Shown: positions 31,746 through 32,000 of the stretch, piece by piece
Position numbering within the stretch: position 1 is the first letter of the stretch
Layout: every line of letters starts with the position of its first letter
Source of the DNA: Opitutales bacterium
GTDB taxonomy: Bacteria > Verrucomicrobiota > Verrucomicrobiia > Opitutales > Coraliomargaritaceae
Direction of reading: 5' to 3'
Assembly (NCBI GenBank): GCA_049606355.1
Contig: JBMYVL010000004.1
Coordinates: 90,001-122,000 of the forward strand
Length of the DNA: 32,000 nucleotides
Position numbers and translations under genes: made by a program
Notes under the pieces: model-generated
Database searches by the model: none
What the model was told of the DNA's origin: nothing
The model's input: the letters and a program-made list of their open reading frames with translations, nothing else

Positions 31746-32000
31746 TTACTCGGGTGCATGCTGTGCATAGGCATTGATAATACTTTGGACGAGCGGGTGA
31801 CGTACGACATCGTCACCATCAAAGTAAAACAGGCGAATTCCCTGAATCTTACTGAGGATTCGAGTGGCTTCCTTAAGCCCGGATTGCTTCGAGCGGGGCA
31901 GGTCAATCTGGGTGATGTCCCCGGTGATGACCATACGACTGCCGTCGCCCATGCGTGTCAGAAACATCATCATTTGCTCGTGCGTGGTATTTTGTGCCTC
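31746..32000 (-). CDS. phoH: PhoH-like ATPase, C-terminal part only (N-terminus beyond window)
   Basis: The frame is open to base 32000. [35 protein letters not shown] matches the PhoH Walker B / downstream signature. Confidence 0.9.
   Translation of the reverse strand, partial: EAQNTTHEQMMMFLTRMGDGSRMVITGDITQIDLPRSKQSGLKEATRILSKIQGIRLFYFDGDDVVRHPLVQSIINAYAQHAPE

Overview
This 32-kb window is chromosomal and mostly housekeeping. Coding density is high, GC looks moderate by eye (not computed), several genes use TTG or GTG starts, and Shine-Dalgarno signals are weak. I support 35 protein-coding genes.

Two of these are cut by the window edges and are therefore missing from the ORF track: an MscS-family channel at 1-948 (-) and phoH at 31746-32000 (-). 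CDS coordinates include the stop codon, as in the track.

Recognisable blocks:
- dnaK-groES-groEL
- proC
- an orphan REC-histidine kinase
- rluB-like / hypothetical / folD / RDD string
- fabG-acpP-fabF
- sucCD, dus, a BFN-type nuclease, aroK, a 4HBT thioesterase
- tig-clpP-clpX
- phoH / 7TM-HD (PgpH-like) / ybeY

By eye I found no rRNA, tRNA, CRISPR array, transposase, integrase or phage gene. The protein sequences look PVC/Verrucomicrobiota-like, but that is a low-confidence guess I cannot verify here.

The most unusual content is a tight three-gene module at 15047-18594. It encodes a stand-alone GspE_N/MshEN-like protein, a response regulator fused to a degenerate (apparently catalytically dead) NtrC-type AAA+ domain, and an orphan PilB/GspE-type secretion ATPase. 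A 220-bp AT-rich, repeat-bearing leader precedes it, and no pilin, platform or secretin genes are nearby.

The second item is a 350-nt non-coding, hairpin- and repeat-rich gap at 7092-7445 that I could not assign to any known RNA family. Everything else is ordinary. I do not claim a defence system or mobile element here.
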